From NCBI GenBank assembly GCA_944324085.1, contig CALUUX010000036.1, forward strand, positions 32,779-96,778: a stretch of DNA of 64,000 bases, written 5' to 3'. Below, in pieces: positions 55,491 to 64,000 of the stretch. A program made the position numbers and the translations under genes. Each line of letters starts with the position of its first letter. Position 1 is the stretch's first letter. The DNA is from an uncultured Mailhella sp. Its GTDB lineage: Bacteria > Desulfobacterota > Desulfovibrionia > Desulfovibrionales > Desulfovibrionaceae. The notes under the pieces are model-generated. The model did not search any database. It had not been told where the DNA came from and saw nothing but the letters and a program-made list of their open reading frames with translations.

Positions 55491-58400
55491 TTACGCTATG
55501 CCGAGGTATTTTTCAAAGAAGGCCCGGAGCTTGCCGATGACGCGCTTTTTGACGGATTCCCGATTGCCGCCGCCGAAGCGCGACATGGGGGGAAGAATCC
55601 GGTCGATGTCGGTTCCAGTGGTTTTCAGCGTGCCGTCGCGGAAGGCGTTGTCCATGAACTTTTCGGCAGGTTCGGGCTTGAGATTCTCTTTGGCAATGAT
55701 GTCGGCAAGATCGGAGGCCTTCTTTTCCCGCACATAGTTCTGCCAGTCATCCTGCACGGAGGAGGACGCATTGATGCGCTCGATGAATTCTTCGATGAGC
55801 GTTTTCTTGCTGCGCAGCTCGATGCTCGAACCGATGGCCTTGTCGATGGTGGTGAGAATTTCCTTGTTGCGGCAGTGGGAATCCCGATACTTTTCAATGA
55901 GCATCAGAATGTAGTCGATGTTGATTTCCACCTGCCGGACGAGTTCCATTTCAAAGACGATATCGGCGTTGATGTCTTCCTTTTCGCCGTCTTCGTGCTT
56001 CGACCATTTCTGATAGAGGTCGAGGTAGAGGCTCTGATAGTCCTGAAAATCCCGGGTGGAAATGATTTCCTGTCCCTCGAATTCGTCGAAGCTGGTGAGG
56101 ATGTTTTTCAGGCGAAGCAGGGCGCCGAACAGGGAAATGAAGTCCTTTTCGTTCTGTTCGCCGACAATGGCGACGCCGAGGGGAAAGCGCGTGAGCAGCG
56201 CGTTGATGAGTTCGGTATAGCCGGGCTTGTGTTTCCCGTCTTCATCGTAGCCCTGGTAGTAGGCGTCGTAGGTTTTGAGCAGCACGATGCCGCCGGCGTC
56301 CCTGTTGCCGAACAGGGCGAGGGCCTCGTCGGTTTCCTTTTGAAGATCGCGGAAGCAGACGATGTTGCCGAAGGTCTTCACGGAATTCAGAATGCGGTTG
56401 GTGCGCGAAAATGCCTGAATGAGTCCGTGCATTTTCAGATTTTTGTCCACCCAGAGGGTGTTCAGCGTGGTGGCGTCGAAACCGGTGAGGAACATGTTCA
56501 CCACGATGAGCAGATCGACCTCCCGTTTTTTCATTCTGAACGAAAGGTCTTTATAGAAATTGTAGAACTTGTCGGACGATGTATCGAAGTTGGTGTGGAA
56601 GACGGCGTTGTAGTCTTTGATGGCGTTGTCGAGAAAGTCGCGCGATGTCTGGTCGAGGTCTTCCGTATTGAAGCTTTCGTCGCCGAGCGAGTCTTCCGGG
56701 GCGTCTTCATTGGCTCCGTAGCTGAAAATGGTGGCAATGGTGAGCTGTCTTTTGCGTTCTTCGAGCTGCCGTTTGAACTCCGCATAATACTTCATGGCCA
56801 TGGGAATGGAGCTCACGGCAAGAATGGAGTTGAACCCGGCCACGCGCTGCCCTTTGAGGGTATAAAAGCTGTTTCTCTTGGTTTTCTGATCGAAGTGATC
56901 GAGGATGTAGCGTACTATTTCGCCGACGCGCTCGGGGGAATTGAGCACCTTTTCGGTATTGATGGCCCGAACCTGTTCATCGCGAACGTCGTCGGCCATT
57001 TTTATGGTGTTCACGTAGTCGATGCGGAAGGGCAGAACGTTGCCGTCGTTGATGGCGTCCACGATGGTGTAGGTGTGGAGCTGATCGCCGAAGGCCTGCG
57101 GCGTGGTTTTGAGTCGGAGATTGCCGCCGCTTCCGGCGTTCTGGGCAAAGATGGGCGTGCCGGTGAAGCCGAAGATGTGATATTTCCTGAAGGCATGGAT
57201 TATTTTTAGATGCATGTCGCCGAACTGGGAACGGTGACATTCGTCGAAGATGATGACGACGTGCTTTTTATAGACGTCGTGTTTTGGATTGCGGCTGACG
57301 AAGGTGTCCAGCTTCTGAATCGTGGTGATGATGATGTTCGATTCGGAGTCTTCGAGCTGTTTTTGCAGTACTTTTGTGGAGGTATTGCTGTTGGCGGCCC
57401 CCTTCTGGAATTTTTCGTATTCCTGCATGGTCTGGTAGTCCAGATCCCTGCGATCGACCACGAAGAGCACCTTGTCGATATAGGGGAGAAGGCTGGCAAG
57501 CTGGGCGGTTTTGAACGAAGTGAGCGTTTTTCCGCTGCCCGTGGTGTGCCAGATGTAGCCTCCGGCATCGAGGGAGCCTTCCTTGTGGTAGTTGCTGGAA
57601 ATCTCTATGCGGGAAAGGATGCGTTCCGTTGCGGTGATCTGGTACGGACGCATGACGAGAAGGAGCTTTTCCGAAGTGAACACGCAAAAGCGCGTGAGAA
57701 TGTTCAGCAGGGTGTGCTTTGAGAAAAAGGTTTTGGTGAAGTCCACGAGGTCGGGAATGGGCTTGTTGTTGCCGTCGGCCCAGAATGAGGTGAATTCAAA
57801 GCTGTTGCTGGTCTTTTTGCTTTTTCTTCTGCCCCCGGCGCTCTGCTCCCTGATGTGGGATTCGCGCGTGGTGTTGGAATAGTATTTGGTGTGGGTTCCG
57901 TTGGAAATGACGAATATCTGCACATACTCGTAGAGTCCGCTGGACGCCCAGAAGCTGTCGCGCTGATAGCGTTTTATCTGATTGAAGGCCTCGCGTATGG
58001 CCACGCCGCGCCGCTTGAGTTCCACATGCACGAGGGGAAAGCCGTTGACCAGAATGGTGATGTCGTACCGGGTGTCGTGACTGCCGCCGTGCTCCTCATA
58101 CTGATTGATGACCTGAAGGCGGTTGTTGTGGATGTTTTTCTTGTCGATGAGGGTGATGTTTTTGGTGCTGCCGTCGTCGCGGATAAGGTTCAGAATGCTG
58201 TCTTCCTGCATGCGCCTGGTTTTTTCCTCAATGCCGTCCTGCTTGTTGGCAAGCTGCTGATGAAAAAAGCGCGTCCATTCCTCATCGGAAAAACGGAAGT
58301 TGTTCAGAAGTTCGAGCTGCCTGCGCAGATTCTCGACCAGTGTTTTTTCCTCGTGAAGAGGGAGATACTCGTAGCCCTGCGAGCAGAGCTGCCGGATGAA

Positions 58401-58514
58401 TTCCGCCTCCAGCGCCGCTTCGCTCTGGTAGGCGTCGGAGCGCACGTCGGAAGGCGTGTATGCGGCCACCACGGTGCTTTCCGGGCACTGGGCCACCATG
58501 TTGAAGCCGGTCAT
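55491..58514 (-). CDS. hsdR: Type I restriction endonuclease subunit R (type IC, EcoR124I-like)
   Basis: YQSEAALE, nuclease LVHVELK, Walker A HTTGSGKT, DECHRS, GFTGTP, MFLTGFDA, QAFSRTNR; ATGA overlap with hsdS. Confidence 0.96.
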   Translation of the reverse strand: MTGFNMVAQCPESTVVAAYTPSDVRSDAYQSEAALEAEFIRQLCSQGYEYLPLHEEKTLVENLRRQLELLNNFRFSDEEWTRFFHQQLANKQDGIEEKTRRMQEDSILNLIRDDGSTKNITLIDKKNIHNNRLQVINQYEEHGGSHDTRYDITILVNGFPLVHVELKRRGVAIREAFNQIKRYQRDSFWASSGLYEYVQIFVISNGTHTKYYSNTTRESHIREQSAGGRRKSKKTSNSFEFTSFWADGNNKPIPDLVDFTKTFFSKHTLLNILTRFCVFTSEKLLLVMRPYQITATERILSRIEISSNYHKEGSLDAGGYIWHTTGSGKTLTSFKTAQLASLLPYIDKVLFVVDRRDLDYQTMQEYEKFQKGAANSNTSTKVLQKQLEDSESNIIITTIQKLDTFVSRNPKHDVYKKHVVIIFDECHRSQFGDMHLKIIHAFRKYHIFGFTGTPIFAQNAGSGGNLRLKTTPQAFGDQLHTYTIVDAINDGNVLPFRIDYVNTIKMADDVRDEQVRAINTEKVLNSPERVGEIVRYILDHFDQKTKRNSFYTLKGQRVAGFNSILAVSSIPMAMKYYAEFKRQLEERKRQLTIATIFSYGANEDAPEDSLGDESFNTEDLDQTSRDFLDNAIKDYNAVFHTNFDTSSDKFYNFYKDLSFRMKKREVDLLIVVNMFLTGFDATTLNTLWVDKNLKMHGLIQAFSRTNRILNSVKTFGNIVCFRDLQKETDEALALFGNRDAGGIVLLKTYDAYYQGYDEDGKHKPGYTELINALLTRFPLGVAIVGEQNEKDFISLFGALLRLKNILTSFDEFEGQEIISTRDFQDYQSLYLDLYQKWSKHEDGEKEDINADIVFEMELVRQVEINIDYILMLIEKYRDSHCRNKEILTTIDKAIGSSIELRSKKTLIEEFIERINASSSVQDDWQNYVREKKASDLADIIAKENLKPEPAEKFMDNAFRDGTLKTTGTDIDRILPPMSRFGGGNRESVKKRVIGKLRAFFEKYLGIA

Positions 58515-59746
58515 TTTGCCTCCTTGAAGGTAAGGAGCTTGTCGCGATAGTATTCGTATTGTTTCTTTCTGGCCTCTATTTCGGCGGGCAGACCGCTGGA
58601 GAGATCGTTGCACAGCGCGTCGAAACGGTCGAGAATGGAGACGATGCGTTCCTGCTCTTCAAGGGGTGGGACGGGAATAGGAGTTTTTTCAATTTGAGAT
58701 ATCGTATAGTGTGCAATAGTTGCATTATGAGTTATGTTTAATAAGTATTCTTTAAAATTTGTAGATAGAAAATAGTAGTATAAAAATTTACTTATTACAT
58801 ATTTATTTTTTTTAATACATATAACATCAGCATCTTTTATATAGATTGGATTGTCATTCGGAATAATATAGGGAATTCCTATTGTACCACCTCCTGTTAT
58901 AAGTATATCTTCTTTTTGAAACTTTCCTGATTTATTAGATAAATTATGATATAGATTATTAGATATAAATACTTTTCCTCGGCTATTTTCTACTCTATAA
59001 AAAAAAGAAATTATATCACTAGCTCTATAAAATGGAACACCTGTACTTTTCCATTCATTTTTATGAACTCGAGATGCAGAGAAAACTTGTGTGACTTCTC
59101 CTATTTTTTTCCATGCAACATTATTAATATGAAATAAATTGTTTTTGTAATATTGATACTGCTGCTTTCTTTTAGTGAGTTCGGAAGTAAGCTCGGAAGT
59201 AAGCTCGGAAGTAAGCTCGGAAAACGTATCCAATATCCTCACAATTTCTTTCTGAACGGGAAGAGGAGGAATGGGAACTTTATATTTTTTTATATCAGAA
59301 TCAGATATTGAAGGATAGCTTGCTCCTTGCTGATGTTTTTCAACATAGTCCATAAAAGTGAATGAAGAAACTATATGATATAACCATCTTGCATTTATTA
59401 TAGAAAGATCAGGACGAAGGACACAGAAACCAGTGCTGCAAATCTGGTTGTGATAAGTCGCATTAATTTGACAATACCTTTTTAAAAGTGGTCGTGTAGT
59501 ACCAAATAAAATATCTCCAAATTTAACTATCTGCTGAGCCCTGCTTGGAGCATTATCTTTATTTATTTCTGTTGTTTCAATAATGTTATGTGTTTCTCTA
59601 TCTACCGATGACAAATCTATATATTGAAATAGAGACTTTTCATTTTTCCATTTTATATTATCAATCTTTTTGATACAATCACCTATGGACTTATACTCCA
59701 CCCCGTTTGGGCAGAGCTCTTCTATGAGTCGTTCCAGTTTGTTCAT
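58511..59746 (-). CDS. hsdS: Type I RM specificity subunit S (type IC)
   Basis: LIEELCPNGVEYK, two conserved PxPPLxxQxxIVxILDxF regions, GLPAEIEARKKQYEYYRDKLLTF; two AT-rich TRDs. Confidence 0.95.
   Translation of the reverse strand: MNKLERLIEELCPNGVEYKSIGDCIKKIDNIKWKNEKSLFQYIDLSSVDRETHNIIETTEINKDNAPSRAQQIVKFGDILFGTTRPLLKRYCQINATYHNQICSTGFCVLRPDLSIINARWLYHIVSSFTFMDYVEKHQQGASYPSISDSDIKKYKVPIPPLPVQKEIVRILDTFSELTSELTSELTSELTKRKQQYQYYKNNLFHINNVAWKKIGEVTQVFSASRVHKNEWKSTGVPFYRASDIISFFYRVENSRGKVFISNNLYHNLSNKSGKFQKEDILITGGGTIGIPYIIPNDNPIYIKDADVICIKKNKYVISKFLYYYFLSTNFKEYLLNITHNATIAHYTISQIEKTPIPVPPLEEQERIVSILDRFDALCNDLSSGLPAEIEARKKQYEYYRDKLLTFKEAK
59174..59221 (-). repeat. 12-bp tandem repeat x4 encoding SELT in the HsdS central spacer
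   Basis: TCCGAGCTTACT x3 perfect plus TCCGAACTCACT on the coding strand. Confidence 0.97.
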
Positions 59747-59783
59747 GGGATTCTCTTTTTTCTGGTGGAAATAGCAGTTATAC

Positions 59784-60638
59784 CTATTTTTCAGGTAATT
59801 TCCCTGTCTGCTTGCCAAGTTTTTTTACTTCTGATTTGACACGGCGTTCTACTTTTTTGATATCTTCATCAGCGGGCAGTTCTTCCGGTTTTATACCGCG
59901 TTTTCCAAGCATTTCACGAACACTGGTATTGTTTTGTACATGCTCGTTGCTGATAGCGCTTTCGCCAAACAAGTCTTCCTGCTGAACATTATAATTCGTC
60001 ATCTCAGCGGCAAGGTTTTTGGCTGCTATCGTGAGCGTGGGCAGAAAATCAGCAAGAGGACGAGACCCCTTGATGCCATATCTGTCCTTCATCTGTTGAG
60101 TATTAAATCCCCCAAAAAGGGCTTGATCGCCCTTAGAGCGAATTCGACCAAAGCCTTTATCATCGACTCCGCGTTCATAGATATTTTTTGACAGCAGAGT
60201 TTCGGCTTCACGAAGTCTGTCACGAGCTTCAGTACGCTCAATCAGTTTTAAACGTTCTTCAATTATTTCTTGTTTGCGGGTTTGTACGGCAAAATAGCAT
60301 TGGGCAAAAGCTATCGGTTGTTTACGTGGATCTCCATTTTGAGCAATAAGGTAGCAGGCATAACGAGTGAGCATAAAATCTTCCACTTCTCGTTTGGCTC
60401 CACTGCCCAGCTCAACCATTTTCGTGACGCCACGAAAATGGTCATCGACATTGAAACCGGAAGTGGAACAGGAAATAATTGCCCGCTGAATGGCTTGAAT
60501 GAAGTTTTCCCACCGAGAGTACCCCAATAAGGGCATCAAGTCTCTTGCAAACCAGAATTCTACCCCTGTGGATTCATCTGACTGACATGAAATGTCAAAC
60601 TGTTCCTGTAAAAAGTTTTGAGTATTTTTTTCAATCAT
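59784..60638 (-). CDS. dinD: DNA damage-inducible protein D family (Bro-N-like)
   Basis: WFARDLMPLLGYSRWENF, DDHFRGVTKMV, LTRYACYLIAQNGDPRK, YFAVQTRKQE, NEHVQNN. Confidence 0.88.
   Translation of the reverse strand: MIEKNTQNFLQEQFDISCQSDESTGVEFWFARDLMPLLGYSRWENFIQAIQRAIISCSTSGFNVDDHFRGVTKMVELGSGAKREVEDFMLTRYACYLIAQNGDPRKQPIAFAQCYFAVQTRKQEIIEERLKLIERTEARDRLREAETLLSKNIYERGVDDKGFGRIRSKGDQALFGGFNTQQMKDRYGIKGSRPLADFLPTLTIAAKNLAAEMTNYNVQQEDLFGESAISNEHVQNNTSVREMLGKRGIKPEELPADEDIKKVERRVKSEVKKLGKQTGKLPEK
60415..60443. repeat. Palindromic site, copy 1 (inside dinD)
   Basis: accattttcgtg-acgc-cacgaaaatggtc; exact reverse complement of 29 nt of copy 2. Confidence 0.95.
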
Positions 60639-60683
60639 ATCTGCCTCTTATTTTGTGATATGCTGACTGGTCGCCATGCCGTG

Positions 60684-60713
60684 GACCATTTTCGTGGCGT
60701 CACGAAAATGGTC
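60684..60713. repeat. Palindromic site, copy 2 (fic-dinD intergenic)
   Basis: gaccattttcgtg-gcgt-cacgaaaatggtc, perfect 13-bp arms. Confidence 0.95.
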
Positions 60714-60718
60714 CTATT

Positions 60719-61261
60719 CTATTGTTTTTTATACCCTTCGTAAAAATAGGACTGCTCAATGACTTTGAAGATGACTTCCCTGTCGTCGATTCTGTCGGTC
60801 AGGTTCGGCTGAAGAAGGGCGCGGAGTTCCAGGTCGTTGACGGGGCTGCGTTCCATGGCCTGAAGGTAGAGCGTCTTGTCCACGTTCTGCCAGTTCACCA
60901 CCTGCCGGAGATGCTTTTTCAGCATCATGTCGAGCCATATGCGCGTGGCGCGGCCGTTGCCTTCCATAAAGGGATGGGCGACGTTCATTTCCACATATTT
61001 GGCAACGATTTCTTCAAACGTGCCCTCCGGCATCTTCTCTATGGCAGCAAGCGCCTCCTTGAGGTACAGGCTGTTGGCGAAGCGGAAATTCCCCTTGGAA
61101 ATGTTCACTTCCCGAATCAGCCCGGCAAAGTCGTAAAGGCCGCCGAAAAGATATTCGTGTATCTGTTGAAGGCCGCGGGTGGTGCCTACTTCCATGCGGT
61201 CGATGTCGCCGGATTCAAAGAGACGCCGGGCGTTTTGAAGGCTGATTTCGTCAATATTCAC
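60719..61261 (-). CDS. fic: Class III Fic protein (AMP-transferase, NmFic-like)
   Basis: Active-site [12 protein letters not shown]; C-terminal inhibitory motif SYFYEG; GTG start overlaps the hsdM TGA. Confidence 0.92.
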   Translation of the reverse strand: MNIDEISLQNARRLFESGDIDRMEVGTTRGLQQIHEYLFGGLYDFAGLIREVNISKGNFRFANSLYLKEALAAIEKMPEGTFEEIVAKYVEMNVAHPFMEGNGRATRIWLDMMLKKHLRQVVNWQNVDKTLYLQAMERSPVNDLELRALLQPNLTDRIDDREVIFKVIEQSYFYEGYKKQ

Positions 61262-62829
61262 CGGTTTTCCCCTTCAATCTCGGCGATGATGGCGTCGATC
61301 TGCCGCCGAAGTTCCTGCTCTCTGGCCACAATCTGCGCAAGTTCCTCGTTCAGCTTGCGGATGTCGATGACTTCCCGCGTGTCTTCCTGCTCCACATAGG
61401 TGCTCACGGAAAGATTGTAGTCCTGAGCGGCTATCTCGTCATTGGGAACCAGTCTGGCCACATGATCCGCGTCCTTGCGGGCCGTGTACGCGTCGAGAAT
61501 GTTCTGAATGTTCTCGTCGGTCAGCTTGTTGGCGTTCGTCACCTTCACGCACTGGGCCGAAGCGTCGATGAACAGGGTGCTGTTTTCCTTTTTGGATTTC
61601 TTCAGCACCATGATGCAGGTGGCGATGGTGGTGCCGAAAAAGAGATTGGCGGGGAGCTGAATGACGCAGTCCACGAAGTTGTTGTCGATGAGGTACTGGC
61701 GAATCTTCTTTTCCTTGCCGCCGCGGTACATGACGCCGGGAAAGCAGACGATGGCCGCCGTGCCGTTTGTGGCCAGCCAGGAAAGCGAGTGCATGATGAA
61801 GGCGAGGTCGGCCTTGGACTTGGGGGCCAGAACCCCGGCGGGCGCAAAGCGCGGATCGTTGATGAGCAGCGGATTGTCTTCCCCTTCCCATTTGATGGAG
61901 TAGGGCGGATTGGAAACAATGGCCTCGAAGGGTTCGTCGTCCCAGTGCTGCGGCTCCGTGAGCGTGTTCCCGAGGGCGATGTCGAACTTGTCGTATTCGA
62001 TGTCGTGCAGGAACATGTTGATGCGGCACAGGTTGTAGGTGGTGATGTTGATTTCCTGCCCGAAAAAGCCCTGCCTTACCTTGTCTCTGCCGAGAATCTT
62101 GGCGAACTTGAGCAGCAGGGAACCCGAACCGCAGGCCGGATCATACACCTTGTTGACCTCGGTTCTGCCCACCAGCGTGATGCGGGTGAGCAGTTCCGAG
62201 ACTTCCTGCGGCGTGTAGTATTCGCCGCCGGACTTGCCTGCGTTGGAGGCGTACATGCCCATGAGGTATTCGTAGGCGTCGCCGAAGGCGTCGATGGTGT
62301 TGTCCTGATAGTTGCCGAGCTTCAGATCGCCTATGCTGTGCAGCAGCTTCACGAGTTTTTCGTTTCGCTTCGGCACCGTGTCGCCGAGCTTCTTGCTGTT
62401 CACGTCAATGTCGTCGAACAGGCCCTTGAAGTCGTCTTCGCTGTCGTGGCCTGAGGCGGAACCTTCAATGTGGCGGAAGGCTTTTTCCAGCGTTTCGTTC
62501 AGGTTGTCATCCATGGCCGCGTAACGGCTCACGTTCTGGAAAAGTTCGCTGGGCAGAATGAAGAAACCCTTGGTGTTCACCATTTCTTCCCGTATGCTTT
62601 CCGCTTTGGCGTCGGAGAGCATCACGTAGTCGAAATTCTTGTTTCCGGCTTCCCACTCTCCCCGATTGATGTAGTCGGCAAGATTTTCCGAAATGTAGCG
62701 ATAGAAGAGCATGCCGAGGACGTACTGCTTGAAGTCCCATCCGTCCACGCTTCCGCGCAGCTCGTTGGCAATGTTCCAGATGACGCGGTGCAGTTCCGCC
62801 CGTTCCTGTTCCTTTTTGTTGCCGGCCAT
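61258..62829 (-). CDS. hsdM: Type I RM methyltransferase subunit M (m6A)
   Basis: [33 protein letters not shown], motif [12 protein letters not shown], motif IV NPPY. Confidence 0.97.
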   Translation of the reverse strand: MAGNKKEQERAELHRVIWNIANELRGSVDGWDFKQYVLGMLFYRYISENLADYINRGEWEAGNKNFDYVMLSDAKAESIREEMVNTKGFFILPSELFQNVSRYAAMDDNLNETLEKAFRHIEGSASGHDSEDDFKGLFDDIDVNSKKLGDTVPKRNEKLVKLLHSIGDLKLGNYQDNTIDAFGDAYEYLMGMYASNAGKSGGEYYTPQEVSELLTRITLVGRTEVNKVYDPACGSGSLLLKFAKILGRDKVRQGFFGQEINITTYNLCRINMFLHDIEYDKFDIALGNTLTEPQHWDDEPFEAIVSNPPYSIKWEGEDNPLLINDPRFAPAGVLAPKSKADLAFIMHSLSWLATNGTAAIVCFPGVMYRGGKEKKIRQYLIDNNFVDCVIQLPANLFFGTTIATCIMVLKKSKKENSTLFIDASAQCVKVTNANKLTDENIQNILDAYTARKDADHVARLVPNDEIAAQDYNLSVSTYVEQEDTREVIDIRKLNEELAQIVAREQELRRQIDAIIAEIEGENR

Positions 62830-63484
62830 ACGCTCTCCCGTCCATGTTTCCGCAAAGTTGTGCGGAAACGCTGTTCAACTGAATGGACAAGAATAGCAGC
62901 GGGCCGGGATTTTTTCAAATGCGTTCCGGGGAGTAAAACGGGGTTTTCGAAGCATGTATTGCGCGCGGATTTTTCAAAAATCATTTTTTAATTTTATATG
63001 CTTATATAGAAATAATATCCGATGGGAGATTTTACTGTGTAGGATGACTCTCTGATCGGTTGCCCCACCATCCCGTGACAGACTCAGACGGCTTTCATCG
63101 TCCATGGATTCCAGCGAGTTCTTGACGAGCTCGTCGTCCGCCAGTTCATTCTGAACGGAATTCTTCTCTTGAAAAGGGGCGGCAACTGTCTGGTCATGGG
63201 CTTTTCCTTGTCAGTTTTGCCAATTTCAACGCCGGTCCTTCTTGCTTCTTATCGAGATGACGCTGCATTGACGCGCCTGCCGATTGCAGCTCGTGGGGGC
63301 TTGAAGAGCGATATTCAGAGCCGAGTGCGGGTCGGTCTTGACTGGTCGCTTTTCGGCCTCCCCATAGAGGCATAACGCGCACAGAGTCGCAACGCCTTGC
63401 GAGATCTCCTTTATTCCGGCAATGTCCCTGGGGTGTCGTTGTTTCTTGCGTGTGTCCGCTCCGGGGAAGAGCGCGCTTGCATCG

Positions 63485-63517
63485 AAAAAATCCCCGCCGA
63501 CGTCACGCCGGCGGGGA
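63485..63517 (-). terminator. Terminator for the AT-rich gene at the window end
   Basis: tccccgccg/cggcgggga stem with a U6 tract on the minus strand. Confidence 0.65.
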
Positions 63518-63618
63518 GAAGGCAGGATGCTCCGGTACGTTAAGCAACGGACGCGTATGAACGAAACGTCTCTTGTCGAAACAGACTACGACGCCTACTT
63601 GTGACAAAAGAACGGCGG

Positions 63619-64000
63619 TCAGAAGGTCGTAAAGGTTCCTATTCCCTGATCCGTAAGAATTTTGACTTCAAGCAGTTCATCTTTGCCGTTGATGGTGCCG
63701 TGGAGTTTGTTTCCAAATTTCATGGAGAAGGGATATTTTTCAAACGAGGAATATTTCATATTTCCTCTATTGATGATGACATCGTAAATTGTAATGTTGT
63801 CAACAGTACAAATGATGTCCATACATAAAATAGTATTTCCTTTAATAAATATTTCATCCTTTTTTGTATAAAGTTTTAATTTTAATGAATCGTCTTTTAA
63901 TGGCGTATTTGGAACATTGTCATTTATTGCCTGTTGATGAGCTTTATCTTTCAATAATTTTTCTTGTTTAATCTTTTCTTCTTTTTTTATAATTTCTTTT
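63619..64000 (-). CDS. AT-rich hypothetical protein, C-terminal part (5' end outside the window)
   Basis: Frame stays open to base 64000 (...KEIIKKEEKIKQEKLLKDKAHQQ...); C-terminal beta-rich domain DVIINRGN...MKFG...LEVKILTDQG. Confidence 0.7.
   Translation of the reverse strand, partial: KEIIKKEEKIKQEKLLKDKAHQQAINDNVPNTPLKDDSLKLKLYTKKDEIFIKGNTILCMDIICTVDNITIYDVIINRGNMKYSSFEKYPFSMKFGNKLHGTINGKDELLEVKILTDQGIGTFTTF

Larger units (their letters stand above)
55109..64000. mobile_element. Probable tRNA-Ser-associated genomic or defence island (extends past the window end)
   Basis: Starts at the tRNA 3' end; cargo is type I RM, fic, dinD and an AT-rich ORF with mosaic base composition. No integrase or att duplicate found in the window. 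Confidence 0.55.

Noticed and set aside
6-63319. Many long alternative ORFs in the track (e.g. 6..755+, 1903..3162+, 10277..11860-, 33706..36426-, 49072..53319+, 55233..57209+)
   Set aside because: They are antisense or frame-shifted shadows of well-supported GC-rich genes and carry no family motifs.
62980-63400. Protein-like fragments on the minus strand upstream of hsdM
   Set aside because: All three frames are interrupted and no family is recognisable; could be a decayed gene but cannot be supported.
1-64000. CRISPR arrays, IS elements, rRNA
   Set aside because: No spaced direct-repeat array, transposase ORF, terminal inverted repeat pair or rRNA-like sequence was seen by eye.

Overview
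Chromosomal window from a GC-rich Desulfovibrionaceae bacterium (inferred from QrcABCD, an orange-protein cluster, an orphan dnaA paralogue and the lysS-lolCE-lolD-bamA operon). Bases 1-55,100 are mostly core or flexible chromosome: a partial radical SAM gene, AEC/MFS/EamA transporters, feoAB, an orp-like ATPase/NifB-NifX cluster, dnaA, a CI-like S24 repressor with a divergent small gene, a degenerate sigma54 activator, proA-nadD, hemW-gluQ, gmhB, a pstSCAB-like ABC transporter, tRNA-Lys(UUU), lysS-lol-bamA, sbcCD, a dynamin-like GTPase, a class II UvrA and qrcABCD. Immediately after tRNA-Ser(UGA) at 55021-55108 a probable genomic island begins and runs off the window end. It carries a type IC restriction-modification operon (hsdM-fic-dinD-hsdS-hsdR). 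Best leads: (1) a 29-bp palindromic site present twice in inverted orientation around the 5' end of dinD, where inversion would keep the frame; (2) an unlisted 30-aa single-TM gene with its own promoter, structured leader and terminator, beside a tract of about 92% AT; (3) 12-bp tandem repeats in the hsdS spacer; (4) a prophage-free CI-type switch; (5) a sigma54 activator with broken GAFTGA and Walker B motifs; (6) a DUF134-orange protein fusion with an internal ribosome-binding site. All family assignments come from motifs read by eye, with no database searches run.
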